Shown: positions 36,028 through 50,233 of the stretch, in pieces
Layout of the letters: the number at the start of each line of letters is the position of its first letter
Numbering within the stretch: the stretch's first letter is position 1
Assembly (NCBI GenBank): GCA_029717555.1
Contig: JAMDHS010000007.1
Location: 372,001-431,015 of the forward strand
Length of the DNA: 59,015 nt
Source: Peribolospora baueri
Lineage: Eukaryota
Direction: 5' to 3'
Notes under the pieces: model-generated
Told to the model about the DNA's origin: nothing
The model's database searches: none
Seen by the model: only the letters and a program-made list of their open reading frames with translations
Program-made: the position numbers and the translations under genes

Positions 36028-38447
36028 TCAGGAGCTCTTCCAGCGCGGGCTGGTCTTCCAGCTCCCTGCGAAGCGGTGCTGGACGAATGCGAGGTCCGCG
36101 TCGACGCCCTCTGCGCCCATCTGACCCACACCGGGAGAGAAACCTGGGGGAAAGAGAAGGAAAGTCAGACTTCGAGGAAGAAAAGACATTAAGCGTGGCA
36201 CGCGACCCACCTGTGATAGGGAGGATGACCACTTCGCCGATCCTCTTCGGCTTCGTCAAGCCCCGCAGCTGGTCCCAGTCGACATCGTATCGCGCCTTGA
36301 GGTAGCGCAGGACAGACTGCGAGAGGAAGGGAAGAAGGAAGGAAACGTCAGGAAGAAGTAAAAAAAAGTCGGATGAGAGGGCGAGGAAACTCACATCGCT
36401 AAAGATGCCCGGCCCGCTCCACTCCATGATGCTCAGTGGGCCGCCATGCCGATCGTCGGTGGGGTCGATGCGACGGAGGAAGGCGGCCTTGTTGAGGAGG
36501 AGGGTGGTCAAGTGGGCCGTGCTGGGCCGCATCGGTGCCACGACGTTGGTGTTGGCCTTGGCGTGCGAGTCCGCGTCCCCGCCGGCGGTCTCCGTCCCCT
36601 TGGTCTTGGTGCTGGCAGGAGAGGTGCTGTCCTCTACGGCAGTGGCAAGCGCGCCTCCGGCCACGTCGAGCCCGAGCTCGCGGGCGAGGGCACGCTGCTC
36701 GCGCAAGCTGAGCAAGCCAACCTCTTTGGAAAGCACCTCGAGCTCCTTAGCCTGGATCTCGATATCCGTCCGCCACTTGTCCACCGTCCTGCTCGCGTTG
36801 ACGAGCCTGCGCACCGCGTCCACGAGGACAGGGTGGGCCCTCGACGCGGACATGGTCCACTGGACGAGCTGCAGCGGCCGCGGCCACCACTCGTGCCAGT
36901 CCGCGCGTTCGCCCACGTCCGCCTCGATGCCGACGATGAGCGTGGGCGGAATGGAGGCGTTGACGGCGATACCGTCCACCTTGTCCAGGTCGGTGGCGTG
37001 GGAGAGCCACGTGTCGATGGGCTTGAGCGCCTGCGTATCCATATCCGAGTAGGTCTGGAGAAGAAACAGAAACAAATTCGAGCGTCAACATCGGCGGCGG
37101 CATACCATCCATCAGACGAGTACGATCTATCCACAACTGCCCCGCACTCACCCCGCCTTCGGCGAGCAGGACGAGGTACCGCAGCAGGTCGCTCCTCATG
37201 ACGTTCTTCGGCAGGCCCACGTACGTCCTCTCGATCTCGCCGGCAAACGTCTTCTTGACCCACTGGAGCGCGCTGTCGTCGTTGAGGAAGGTGTACTTGT
37301 ACCCCTTGTTCTCTTCCCTCCACGAATTAGAGAGCTCAGTGTCCTCCTTGTCGGCAGCCGTCTGGAAGATCTTCTTAGAGATGGCGACGGGCGTCGTCAG
37401 AGGCGCTGGCGGGTTGGCGTTGGTGACGAAGGGCGACGACTCGAGGAGCGCTTGCACTTCATCCTCGTCCGCGTCGTCGTCGTCGTCGTTCGAGGTGGAG
37501 GAGGAAGCTCCGGCGGCGGCGGCGGCATCGGCGGCGGAAGCGGCGGCGACGGATGCGGCCTGCCTCGCCTCGTCCGACTCCTTCCCGAAGAGCGCGGAGA
37601 AGAGCTTCCACCTGGCCTTGTCCGCCGTCGCCTTGGCCTGCCCCGCGGCGTTCTTGAGGCCGCCGACGACGCCCTTGCCCATCTCCATGCCCTCTTCGAC
37701 GATCCCCGCGGCGGAGGAAAGCGCCTTGTCCGTGGAGCCGGCGACGACGCCGACGGCTTGGGCCAAGGCGAAGGAGGCGGCTTTTTTGCGCTTGGGGAGG
37801 ACGGGGAAGAAACTCCTGAAGGCGCTGTAGAGGCTGTCCTTATCTGAGAGCGCCTGTTCGGCCATGACGCCCTCAAGCTCGGCCTCCTTGAGGCCGAGGG
37901 TGCGGAGGAGAGGCGTTGAGTCGAGGGAGGCGGGCAGGACGGTCTTGCGGAAGAAGCGGTCGAGCTCGAGGGTGTATTCATCGAGATCGGTCGAGCCGAG
38001 GTGGAAGGCATCGTCGGCGGCAAAGCCGAGGCTGGTCAACGGCTTCTTGTCCTTGTCCTTGTTCTTCTTGCGCTCCGCGGACGACAAGGGTTCCGTGGTC
38101 GCGTCGGCGGTGCCGGAGCCGAGGGCAGCACAGTCGGCGGCAGAGCCAAGGGAACAGGCGGCGAGGGCATGAGAATCGCCGCTGACGTGAACGACGCCGG
38201 CGGTGGCGCGCTCGGACCAGGAGAGGGTGTCCTGCTGATAGACGATGAAGAGGGTGAGGCCGAGGAGGAGCCAGAAGGTCTTTCGTCGAGCGAGGCGGCC
38301 GAAGAGCGAGGTGGCGGCCTCTGCGGCGGAGGGCGAGGTGGTGTTGGGGAGGGGGAGTGTGCGCGGGGGCGGCGAGGAGGAGGAGGAGGAAGATCGGGAG
38401 GAGGAGAAGTACGACCGGCGGGGTGCCTTCTTCTCCTCTACGCCCAT
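36028..38447 (-). CDS. OCH1/HOC1-like alpha-1,6-mannosyltransferase (GT32)
   Basis: Type II membrane anchor, ISKKIFQT, RSDLLRYLVLLAEGG|.YSDMDT (DXD), IVGIEAD, QLVQWTMSA...HP, WSGPGIFSD, ILPITG|FSPGVG and FVQHRFAGSWK. Confidence 0.92.
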
Positions 38448-40564
38448 GATGGCGACCTAGATAAGATAGCTTTTCCGTCCGTCGTTCGTTTGTTCGTTCC
38501 TTCGTCCGGCCGTCGGCGCCTCGGTGCGTCGTGGGAGGTAAGGTTGGGGGTCTGTGGAGGAGTGGCGCAGGCGTGATGGTAGTGAAGGGTGAGGAGGAGA
38601 TGGAGGGAAGGAAGGAGGACGGGGTGTCAGTCAGCGGGTGGCGGCGAGGGCGAGGGCGACATCGAGAAGCGCAGCGGTTGGTCGTGCGAAGGTGACAGAA
38701 ATGGAAACTGCTAAGGAGATGGCTGAGTAGGCTTAGACTTGGAGATCGACCCGGAGATGGAGCTTTGGCTGTGCGCTGGCGTCGAGCGGCGAGGCGATCA
38801 GTCCAACGACGTATGTTGTCTGTCTATCTGTCTTGCATCCATCTTTTCTTGCCTACCACGCAACTTGCACTTGCTTACATGAAAGCAAGCGACGTCCCCT
38901 CCAAGGTTGCTGGCGCGCTTGCCCGTGCTCCATGACGTGCATGCGGCGGGCGCGGGCGCCAGGACGAATCGACCGAAACAAGGAAGCAAAGAAGGGAGGA
39001 GGAGAGGAGAGAGAAACGAGGAAATAAAAGGAAGAAGAAAGGGAAAGAAACAAAAAAAAACCGAAAAAGAGAAAGCCGAGGCGGCCGAACGTCATAATTC
39101 TGTCCGCCATCTCTCCGCGCGCAGCACCACGGAAGTTGAACCCGCAGCCGCCGCAGCAGCCGATGTCGGCGGCCACCTACTCCCGCCAGCGCCGCCAACG
39201 CCGCCATCAGAGAGGGCCGACCAGCCGACTCGATCGATCGTCCGCCGTCGTCTCGTCCATGGGACGGACGATAGCGGAGCGAGCATACGAGCGTGTGCTC
39301 CACGACCGATTCGAGGAACCTTGCACTATGTCGGCCCACGGATGAGGGAGAGTGCGAGGTGTACGGATTCGATTTCCATTTCCAGTTCGATTTCCATTTC
39401 TCCCTGCTTGCAAGCCAGGCGTTGGCCACGTCATGCGAGCGAATGAAGGAATGCCCGGCGACTGGGGGAGACGCTTGTTGTCTGTCTCTTCTCCTCGGTC
39501 ACCGTCCACGCCGTCGTGCCATGGGAGGCCCGGGTTGTGTGAGGTGCGACAAGGGCGAGACCCAACTTGATGTAGGTTAGTCAGAACGCTTACCAACTGT
39601 CCTCGTCTCCATGTGCGCCCATGACATATGACCATCCAACCTCTGACCTGAGTTGCCGCCACGCCATGAAGAGAAAAGAAAGGATGGACGGGCATACCAG
39701 CTCTCATCTCTCCTCGCCGCTGCGGCCGTCTCGTCCCCGCCGCGTCCGGCCTGAGCGCTCGCTCGCTCGACCGGCGTTCTGTCGTTCCAGTCCAGTCTGT
39801 CTACGCTCTCTTCTCTTCGTACGCGACAAGGAAAGCAAAGCGAGCGAGGTGAGAGGGCGGCATGGCATACGCAGCACTTCGTCCTTTGCCCGTCGTCCGC
39901 GCCGTTGCGTGGGTTGCGTCTATCTCCCCGAGGATGTCCACCATGGAATCATCGTTAATGTCGAATCCCCACGTGTGACTACCCCTCTGGCTTCTACCAT
40001 TCGGCCTGACTGAGGGGAGCGAGGCAAGGAAACGGCGGATGCGATTCGATTCGGTTCGGTTCGCCGTCTTGGTCTTGGTCTTGTCTTCCTTGACCGCCGC
40101 TGATCTGTACACGTTCTTGTCGTCGTCTCGCCATCGATCCTTCCGCCGCGTCGACCGGACTGATTGATCGCTGCTGATCACGCACGCCCCAGCCGTCGGG
40201 TCGGGTCATCGACGTCGCAGAGGATGCGGGAAGAGCGAGCTTTGTAAGGGCGACAAATGCGTTTGTAGCTAGCTACTCAGCACTCCACGCCCTCCTTTTC
40301 TTCTTTACTCTGCTCTTACTCTGTCTCCTCCTCCTCCCCACTGCGTTTTTCTAATAACGCGCCGCGTTAAAACCAGGCCCCATTTTTCATCGACTGCGGC
40401 ATCTCGATCACCTCCTAGTGACTGCCGTGCCTGGCCTCGCTCGTTCTTGGCTTGACCAGCGAGCATCGCTCTCAGAGTGTCCGTGTCCGACCCTTCCAGC
40501 AAGGACTGCCCCCATCCTTTCTCCCTCCACCCCTTCGGCCCGGCGCCGCCTTCGCATCGCACAC

Positions 40565-43500
40565 ATGAGTACGAGCGCCGCCTCGCTCAAGGCACCAGCC
40601 CCCCACGTCCTCCACCGCATCGATGGCCCGCCTCGCCGGCTCGCCGTGCTCACGAGCGGCGGCGACAGCGCCGGGATGAACGCGGCGGTGAGGGCCGTCG
40701 TCAAGATGGCCATCGCCAGGTGAGTGGGATGGGCGTCGTGCCCCCCTCTTCGTTTCTACCATGGCGTCCGATCCGGCGCGGGTGCGCTGGTGCTGATACA
40801 CCGACCCCTCCGTCCACCCACATCTCCCGGTCGTCTCCAGCGGTTGTGAGGCGTTCATCGTTCGTGAAGGCTGGGAAGGCCTCGTTCGAGGCAATCGGGC
40901 CGCTTCTCCCGGGACGGCTGCGCGGACGACCCCACAAGCCAGCCGCCCCTCCACCGCTCGCCCGGATTCCAACTCGACCCCCCTCTCCTCGGGCGCTCCA
41001 GGGAAGAAGACGGACTCCGAACCCGTATCTGCTCACCCTGACGCTACCGCCAAGGCGACCAGCGCGTCCTCGACCGCTGACGCCCACCCTCCGGCCCCCA
41101 GTGCGCCCTCGACTCAGCCCAATACCCTTTCTGCCGCCTCCAGCTCCTCTCCTTCAGACGCCACGTCCCCGTCCTCCGCTGGCCATCCTCCGCATACGGC
41201 TTCCTGGGCTGACAAGGAGGCCAAGTTCGTGCCCACGTACGGGGAGGGAGAGTTGCTTAGAGAGGGGGCTAGCGAGGCCGAGGAGCTTGGTCTCAAGGGC
41301 CGGTACATCGTACAAGTCGGCTGGGACGACGTTCGAGGGTGGTTGGACCAGGGCGGCACCCTCATCGGCACGGCCCGATCGCAGGCTTTTCGAACGCCCG
41401 AAGGACGTCTGCAGGCGGCTTGGAATCTCATCGAGCATGGCATCGATGCCCTCGTCGTCTGCGGTGGAGACGGCAGCCTGACAGGCGCTGACAAGCTCAG
41501 GCACGAGTGGCCCCAACTCGTCAAAAAGCTTTTGACCGACGGTGGGTGGGGCCCAACCTATCGCGGTTTCTGGATGGGCGTGGGCGTGGAGGAGTGCGCT
41601 TCCCCTCACCGCTCGCCCATCTCCCTTTCTTTCCTTCCTCTTGTCCCTCTCTGCCCACCATAAGGACGCATCACGGACGCGCAGGCGAAGACGTACGCGC
41701 ACCTCAACATCGTCGGCCTTGTAGGCTCCATCGACAACGACATGGCGACGACGGACCAGACGATCGGCGCGAGCACCGCCCTTCACCGCATCTGTGAGGC
41801 GGTCGACAGCATATCTTCCACCGCCGCTTCGCACAGCCGCGCCTTTGTCGTCGAGGTCATGGGCAGGCACTGCGGTTGGTTGGCGCTTATGGCCGGCATC
41901 GCGTGGGTGGTTTTTTTTTTTTTTTTTTTTTTGCTTGGGAATCTTCCGCCACGGTTCCTTCTGCTTCATTCGTCTTCAGATAGCCACCTACCCCCCTCCC
42001 GGGCGAAACCGCTGACATTCCTTCCACTTTCCTCTCGTGTAGCACCGGCGCTGATTTTATCTTCATCCCCGAACGGCCGCCTGCCTCGGAGGACTGGGCG
42101 ACGGAGATGTGCGACGTGCTTCAAAAGGTGTGTCGCACGTACGCCTTGATGGACATCTTTCCTGGCGCTTGACGCTTTGCTCACTTTGTTCCTCCCGTTC
42201 TTTCTCCCTCTCGCGCTCCAGCACCGAGCAGTCGGCAAACGCAAAACGATCGTGATCGTCGCCGAAGGCGCCATCGATCGCAACCTGAACGCGATCAAGC
42301 CGTCGCAGATCAAGGACGTGCTTACGGACCGACTCGGCCTTGACACCCGCGTCACCACCCTCGGTCACACTCAGCGCGGGGGAAAGCCTTGCGCTTACGA
42401 CCGCGTCCTCGCCACGCTGCAGGGCGTAGAGGCCGTCGAGGCCGTGCTGAGCGCCACTCCGGAGACGCCGAGTTACATGATCGGGACCAGCGAGAACAAG
42501 ATCACGAGGAGGCCGCTCGTTGAGGCGGTCGAGATGGTACGTGAAGCTCTCCACGGCCGCAAACCTGCGCTTGGCTTTTCCTCGACTCACTCTCCCCTCT
42601 CGTCGTCGACCCCGTTTCGACGCCCGGCATCGTCTCTAGACTCAGCGCGTAGCGAAAGCGATCGAGTCGAAGGACTTTGACCAAGCGCTCCGCCTGCGAG
42701 ACCCCGAGTTCGAGGAGTCTCTCGATGCCTTTTGGCGTACGGCCAAGATAGACACGTCCAACGTCCTGCCCGAGCATCAGCGCATGCGCATCGGCATCGT
42801 CCACATTGGCGCTCCCGCCGGCGGGATGAACGCAGCGACGCGCACGGCCGTCCGGTACTGCCTTAGCAAAGGCCACACCCCTCTTGGCATCTACAACGGC
42901 TTTGCCGGCCTCCTCGAGGACAACGTCAGCCAGCTCAACTGGCTTCGCGTCGACAATTGGACTATTCGTGGCGGCTCCGAGCTCGGTACGAACCGAGTCT
43001 TGCCCGACGTCGACCTCGGTTCGGTGGCGAGCAAGTTCCAGGAGCACAGGCTTGACGGTCTGATGCTAATCGGCGGCTTCGAGGCCTTCTCCAGCCTGGC
43101 CATTATGGAGAAGGCGCGCTCGAGCTATCCCGCTTTCCAGGCGAGTTTTTGTTTGGCTTTTTTGTCCCTGCCGACGAACGACGACCCGTTGCGACCGCCG
43201 TCTCCCTGACTCAATCTTCGTCCGCTCATCCGTCCTCGCTCGTCTCTATCTCAGATTCCCATGGTCGCCCTCCCCGCCACCATCTCCAACAACGTGCCGG
43301 TCACCGAGTTCTCCGTCGGTTCGGACACGTCCCTCAACGCCCTCGTCGAGGCGTGCGACGCCGTGAAGCAGTCCGCCAGCGCGAGCCGCAACCGCGTGTT
43401 CGTCGTCGAGACGCAAGGAGGCAGATGCGGTTACATCGCTGTCATGGGCGCTCTGGCGGTGAGTGGCTTTTGCTCGCCGGTCGGATGGGGCTGGCGCCGT

Positions 43501-44569
43501 GCGGCAGGGATGCCGCTGATGACGCGGCGGTCACTGTCAAGAGCCGCCACGAGCGGCGGTTAATCGACCCATGCATTTCGCTTCCCCCCTTTCCTCCCAA
43601 GGTCGGAGCTGTCATCGTATATACCCCAGAAGTCGGCATCACGCTCGACATGCTTCGCACCGACGTCGAGTTCCTCAAGCGTCGTTACGAGCTGGATGTC
43701 AAAGGCAAGAGCGAGGGTCGGCTTGTCATTCGGTGGGTGAACGTAGTGGGACCTTTGGCCTGGCTTGGTGGTGTCGGCCGAAAGCTAGCTGTGTGGCGAT
43801 CGGCATTCCTGCTAACCGCTGGTCCAACCACCCGCCGTCGTCGTCATGTCATGACTTCCGGCGGCGTTCTCTGATGATCTCGCAGAAATGAAAAGTCCTC
43901 CGACGTCTACACCACCGACGTGATCACCAAGATCCTCGCCGCCGAAGGCAAGCCCCTTTTCGACTCTCGCTCCGCCTCCCTCGGTCACACGCTCCAAGGC
44001 GGTACGCCCTCACCGCTGGATCGCACCCGAGCCACTCGCCTGGCCGTCAAATGCGTCTCTTTCCTCGAGGACCACCACCGCATGTTCCGCAAGGCCACGC
44101 GAAGGAGCACGCTCGACGGACAGGCCTTGGACGGTCAGCCACATTCGCAAGCCTCAGCGGCCGTCATCACCATCCAGGGCACGACCATCGAGTTCACGCC
44201 CGTCACCAAGGTGGCCGAGGCGGCGGATGTGAAGAACAGAAGGTGAGAACGGGCGCCGCGGGGAAAGAGGTTTGATGTGAGCTGACGAAAGGGCTGAGTC
44301 GCTGACGTTGTTGACTACCGTCGTCGGGCGTTTCCCCCCCACGTTTCAAGGGCGCGAAGCCCGTGGTGGGCGGACATCGTGCACCTGGTGGAGATGATGG
44401 GCGGCCGCACCGGTGAGTCGCGCTTTCTCCTCGTCCCCCCCCTTGGCTCAGGCTCCCCCGCCCAGCCCAGCCCAAACCGGATTCGTGACGTCTGATCGAC
44501 TCTACCCGCTCTTCATCCATCTATCCCCTTTTGGCAGGCCTCGCCGGTCCTCGGAAGACGGCCCCGTAG
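40565..44569 (+). CDS. PFK1: ATP-dependent 6-phosphofructokinase (eukaryotic duplicated type)
   Basis: [64 protein letters not shown], second-half [17 protein letters not shown] and ETQGG; includes a GC-AG intron at 43141-43254. Confidence 0.97.
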
Positions 44570-44987
44570 TCGACGTCGGCCGCTCGGGACCTTAGACTAG
44601 CATCAGATTTAGTTCGGCTCTCATCGTACCCATGCTCGTGCTCGGTATCACATCTGTTTCTCCTCCTCGGCTCGTGCTTCGCAACGGACGGTCGCGGTGA
44701 CGACGTTTTCTATCCAAAGATCGGCTGTGGAAGGGGATGGGACGTGGGGCCGTGCGTCAGCCGGTGGTGGTAGCTCGATGCAGGGGCGCGTGTCATTCAT
44801 TTGCCTGGCCTGGCCTGCCGAAAATGGAAACGAACGGTATTGGGGGAAGGGATATGTATGAACTGGACAAAAGACGAGTGTATTGCGTTCTAGTTGAATT
44901 GACTTTCGTCTTGAAGCATACATGTACATCACATCACAACGCGCCGTTCGGGCCAGTTCGGTTCTGTTCGGTTCGGTTTCGATCGAC

Positions 44988-47855
44988 TCAAAAATCGAAT
45001 CCATCCGACCTGAACTGGTTCAGATCCGCGCCGACGGTGGCCCTCTGAGCGAGGTCCATGCGATCCATGGCCATGAAGATCCTGCGCAACGTGCTCCACA
45101 GGTTTGCGCTCTCGCTCGCCTCCGCCAACGGCGGCGGAGGACGGGCCTCCCCGTTCTGCTCGCCCTCGGGAGCGTCGGGGTAGTGTTGCGTCTGCTGAAG
45201 CGATAGCGCGGCCAAGAGGTGCTCCGCCGCCTCGTGGTGGGCGCCAAGGTTGAGGCAGGACACGGAGAGGTTATAGATCGCTCGAGTGAAGGTGGGGCGC
45301 AGTTCGAGGGCCTTGTGATACGCGTCGATCGCCAATTCGGGCTTGCCACCGCTGTGTTTGCCAATCCAAGCAAGAGATGGGCCAACATCAGCATCTACGC
45401 TTTGATACGGACGCTCAACCCGAATGAGAAGGGGTGAAAAGGAAAAGTCGGCGACGATATGAGCACGTGGGACTCACTTCGCAAGGGTGGCGCCCAGCCT
45501 GTTCCAGAGCAGGAAATCAGCGGGTCGGCTCTGTAAGGCCGCCTCGAAACAGTCGCGGGCCTGATCATGTGACGCGTTTGAGTAATACAGGACGCCCAGC
45601 CCGACTTGAACCTCAGGCTGTGAGAGGGTGGGAAGAGGTGTGAGAGGAGATAAGTTTCAGACACGTAGGAGAACAAAATATAGACAACGTGCCACTCACG
45701 TCCATCTCCCCTCGCTTGGCGCCGTCCCTCGCAGCGGCCAGGAACATGTCGGTGACCCTGGTGACCTGAGCCCAAGGGTTAGCGGTGTTCGGGTCGTTAA
45801 GACCGACCGTGAGCGCATTGGCGTCGCGACGTGCGTTGACGGCGATGTTCGGGTATGCGCGTGCGATGTAGCGCTCGAGGATCGAGTGCGCCGCAACGTC
45901 GTAGCCTTCGTTGATATAGGAGATGGCCAGAGACTACAAGGACGGGACAAAAAAGAACGAGGTGTGAGTGGCAAGGTCGCTGCCGTCTTCATTCTTCAGG
46001 TCGGGGACGGGAGGAAATCGACGGGGAAAATACTGACCATGTAAGCCTGAAGATTCTCATCGTCCTCCTCGATGGCCTTCTCGAGCGCTCTGATCGCCTG
46101 CACTTCCTTCTCGTTGGCCGCGTGCGCCTCTCCGAGCCTCCTCCAAGCCTCGCTTCTCTCCCTCTTCCCCAACTCTCCTTCCTTGTTCTCCGCCGCTTTG
46201 ACGGCCGCCTCGAAAGCCAGGCTTGCGTCCCCGAGCGAACCGCGGTTCTCGAGAATGTGAAGACCCTCGCTGAGTGCACTCCTCCCGGCGGGAAGAGACA
46301 GATAAGGGTTGGACGAGTCGGGCGTGAAGCGGTATGTGCCGAGAATGGGGAAGCCGTCGTCGAGGACTGTGCCGTAGCCCTCTATGTACTCTTCTTCACC
46401 GTAATCGCCCCGAAGCGATTCGTGTAAACCGGCCATGCCCGGTCCGAGTCCGCCGCCAGGGTGAGAGAAGGCCGTGTACGCATTCTCGTTCTCCTCTGCC
46501 CACCTCGAGCCTTCCCATGCCGCCAGCTCGGTGTCGGCAGCGGACCGTGGCGGCAGGCGATTGCCGGATTCGAGCCAGGCTCGTTCGAGGTCAGTGAGAT
46601 CATCGTCAACGGGGTGATCGAGCGAGTCGAGCGCCCGACGGATGGCAGCGTCCTCGTCCTCGTCTGTCTCCTTAGCATCGGCTTGCTCCGCTTCCTTGTT
46701 CTCCTCTTCCGAGGCCTTTCCCTTTCCTTTACCATTGTTCTCGGTGGTCGCCTCTCCGCTGGCGCGAGCAAACTCGGCCTCCCAGTCGGCGTCGGTCACC
46801 TCGACGAACCTGCCCTTCCCTTTGTCCAGAGCTGCGCCTTCTCCCGTCTGGCTCGCCATTCCCGCTCCCATGCCCAAGCCGCCGAAGCCCATACCACGGA
46901 ACTCGTTCATGCCCATCATGCCGCCGTACTGTATGCCCATGAAAGGCAGACCAGACGCGTTTGCGTTGAGCTCCCGAGCGTAGGCCGAGCTCAGCTCTTG
47001 CTCCGAGGGAGCGCCTAGCTCGCGTTCGAATTGTGAGCGCCAGGCAGCAGCTGGACAAGTCCAGAAAAGGCAGAGATAACGTCAGGGTATGTGCTCAAAC
47101 TAGATGAGATGGGCGGCTAATTTATGACGAAACCCAAGATACTTACCGCCGTCGGCGGCCTTTGAGCGCTCAAACGAAGCCACCGTCTCCGCCGGATTGG
47201 CACCGACGGCCTGCATGGGGCTGGCCCTCATGGCCATAGAAGTCGGACCAGGCGCAGGTGATGAACGCTCAAACTCTTGAGCCCATCCTGATTGGAACAC
47301 GAAAGACGCCAAGCGTGGCAGCAAGGGTAAAAGTAATTCAGCGGTTACTTCAGCTCAAAAACTTCATCTCATTTCGGGCCATGCTCACCGGCGCCACCAC
47401 CCCGACCGGGAACCTGTGCCGGACCAGGCCTGGCGTGCAAGCTTTCCAGTTCCCTGCGCATGACCTCCATCTCGAAACCGCCGGGCCCGGGCCCGCCGAG
47501 GTGCTGAGGCTGGGACCGGAAGAAAGCCTCCGCTTCGGCTGAAACTGGTCCTGCGGATGACGATGACGAGGGGAATTGACGGAGCTGTGCATATGGAGAG
47601 ATGAGCGAGTCAACGGATGTCGGTCAGCCAGCTGCGCGCCCGCCACATCCGCATGGCGCATGGCCTCGGACTGGAGGGAGAACGAGCTCAAGGTTTCTTT
47701 CAGCGAGCACGAACGCTCACCCCACTTCCTCCTGGCGCTCCGGAGAAGCGATCTTGCTGCAGACTCCTATCCTCGTTTGCTTGCTTCATGAACTGGGACA
47801 AAGGATTATTGGACGTGCTGCATTCTGCACCCGTCAGGAGGGCGTTGAAGGCCAT
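44988..47855 (-). CDS. PEX5: Peroxisomal targeting signal 1 receptor
   Basis: N-terminal [19 protein letters not shown] (conserved Cys), WxxxF pentapeptides (WAQEF, WRSQF, WEAEF) and TPR region EAWRRLG...[38 protein letters not shown]. Confidence 0.95.
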
Positions 47856-48533
47856 CGTCGTTCGGGGTGATCGATGGAGTCGAGGAGAGGTGAGACGTGT
47901 GTGGCGCTCGGCGCGAGATGTAAATCAAGCGGTTGTACGGCAAGACCTTGATGCGGGAGAGAGTCTATAGAGATAGGAATGGGATGCAAGAAGGCGTTCT
48001 CGTCTCTCACTTCTGGTCGTTCGCCGCTGTGGTCGTGGTCGTCGTTCAAGGTGGAGACGACTATCTCGTCAGAATACCCCGGCTAACCCCGGCCACTCCA
48101 TTGCCGATCAAGCCGAGCGCCGCTTAAGTCCGTTCCGGCATCCCCGTGAAAGCCAGTTTTGGTATTTGAATGGGGTCACAGCTTGGCCGACAGCCGGCGT
48201 CCCCAGTTAACATGAAGCGTCACTCGAGGAGGAGTAGAGCACGCATGTATATCCTTCGATGTCAGTTGACTTCATCTGACCTTTCAGCGAACCACAGCAG
48301 CGTGTGAGGCACGAAGAAGGTCCTGAGTTCTTGGTGGAGCTGACGTTCTTCTGCGTATCTACAGGAGCTATCCATCGACGGTGACGTCCTATACGGGCCG
48401 ATCATTTGAGGCACAGGAGCGCAGATTTGTAGAGGAAATGGAAACAGGGCAAACGAGGCAGGTCCGACGTCGGCGGCTCTGAGAAAAACGGTGATAGACG
48501 GAAGGAACGGTCTGGGGAAAGAGGCGGGGCGAC

Positions 48534-50233
48534 TCAAGGGGCGAGCGCCGCTTGGACCTCGGGCGTGTCCTTGACTTTTGCCCACACCGGACGGGGGACT
48601 TCAAAGCCACTGAGGAGAAGACCAGTGCAATGACCGGAAAAAAAAGCATCAGACCTGTCTCTCCAAGTTCGCCAGGTGTCGACCGCGCTCGCTCACCGGA
48701 TAGTGCGGCCGTAGCTGATTCCGCCCAGTCGACTGACGGGGAGGAGCTTGCCGAGGTCGATGGTGTGATCCTCGTTAAGGATGTCTGAATTGGGCATGGG
48801 AGACGGAAGAAAATGGGACACCGAGAAGACGGGGAGTGGACGTCAGAAGTCGGTCGCTCGTAGCTTGTTCGCACGAAACCGAGAGCTTGCGCTTACCCTC
48901 GCGGACGTGAAACATCTGTATTGGACAAGGAGGCAACAGGAGCGACTCGTCAGCATCAGAGGTACAGTGGCCAGCACCAGCGTGGAGCGTGAGAGACGGT
49001 CCCGAGAAAGGGGGGGCGGTACGAAGAAAAGCACACGAAAAGGCTGACCTTGACTCTTCCAAGGATGAGCGTGCCGGAAGGTTCGTCGCCCTCCTTCTCT
49101 TGAATTTCCATGGTCTGGAAGAGCTCGCACTCCATGCTGAACGCCGACTCGCCCACACGAGGGGGCCCGCCCTTGTCGCCTCCCCAGACGGTGTTGGGAA
49201 CTGGGGTCAAACCGGAGAGCTGCAAGAGGAATGCAGGTAAGCCATCTGAACCTGAGAGATCAAACTGAAGGTAAAACAGGGCAGAAATCTCACAGCCCAC
49301 TCAGAGACGTCATGTGGAGCGTCGATAGCGGTGTAATTGGCCGCCTCGATGAAGGTCTACAAATGATCCAGTGGAACGAAGGTGTAAGAAAATTTTGACG
49401 AGTGTCCAGCGAAGCTAGGAAAGTCTGTTCAAAAAAGCGGAGGCTCACCTCGGAGATAATGTTCACAACGAAACTTCACAGATTCGGGTACGAAATGAAG
49501 TGAAGTTTTGGTACGCGTTCGGCCGGTGGGAAAGACGATCCAGTTAAGTACGAGGGCGTGCTCACCGCTTGGTTGCCTTGATGTTACCGGTCGTGTCCTT
49601 GACCTTGCCAGGACCAGGGGCGTTGACAGATACAGAGATCTGTCCGGTGGATGAATCAACATCAGTGGGACAGTCTCCTATCTAACGCCCCGCCTGCCCG
49701 CGACGAAAGGGCATCGCCGAAACGAGGACTGACGAGAGGAGGCCGATGGTTGACGACGCTAAAGTACGAGAACGGAGCGAGGTTCCTGACGCCGTTGGCG
49801 TCCTCCGAGCTGACGAACGCGATCGGCCGAGGCACAACGCCGTTGATAAGCAGCTTGTATATGTTGCCGCCCTGTTGGGTGGAAGGGTCGATGGACTTGA
49901 AGGCGGCGTCCGCACGGAAGCGAGCTGATTCTGGGTGGTTATTCCGTCCTTGTCCAGGCTTCCAGTTGGGGTCTTGACAAGAGGTAAGGTAGAGTTAGGC
50001 ACAATAAGTCGCGGGCACGGGTCAAGCGGAGAGAAGCCCGTGAGCAGCCGTCGCACTCACCAGGCACCTTGGTGTACGTCCATCTCGTGTCGGCGTCAAA
50101 GTCTGGGCGCGAAGCTTCCACCTCTGAGACAGATAGAGCAGTTGTCCGTGGGTGGAGTTAGTCTGCGCCTGCATGCCTACAGACCGCAAGCACGAAGCTC
50201 CCACCCACGCTTGAAGTCGGGATGGTTGCTCAT
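48534..50233 (-). CDS. Flavin reductase-like FMN-binding protein (flavoredoxin family)
   Basis: HPDFK.VEASRPDF, YKLLINGVVPRPIAFVSS, NLAPFSYF, KDTTGNI, EAANYTAIDAPHDVSEW, PPRVGESAFSMEC and PVSRLGGISYGR. Confidence 0.9.

Noticed and set aside
39790..40020. Possible small ORF or ncRNA between the OCH1-like gene and PFK
   Set aside because: No recognisable protein motif, snoRNA box pair or convincing fold; treated as promoter-region sequence.
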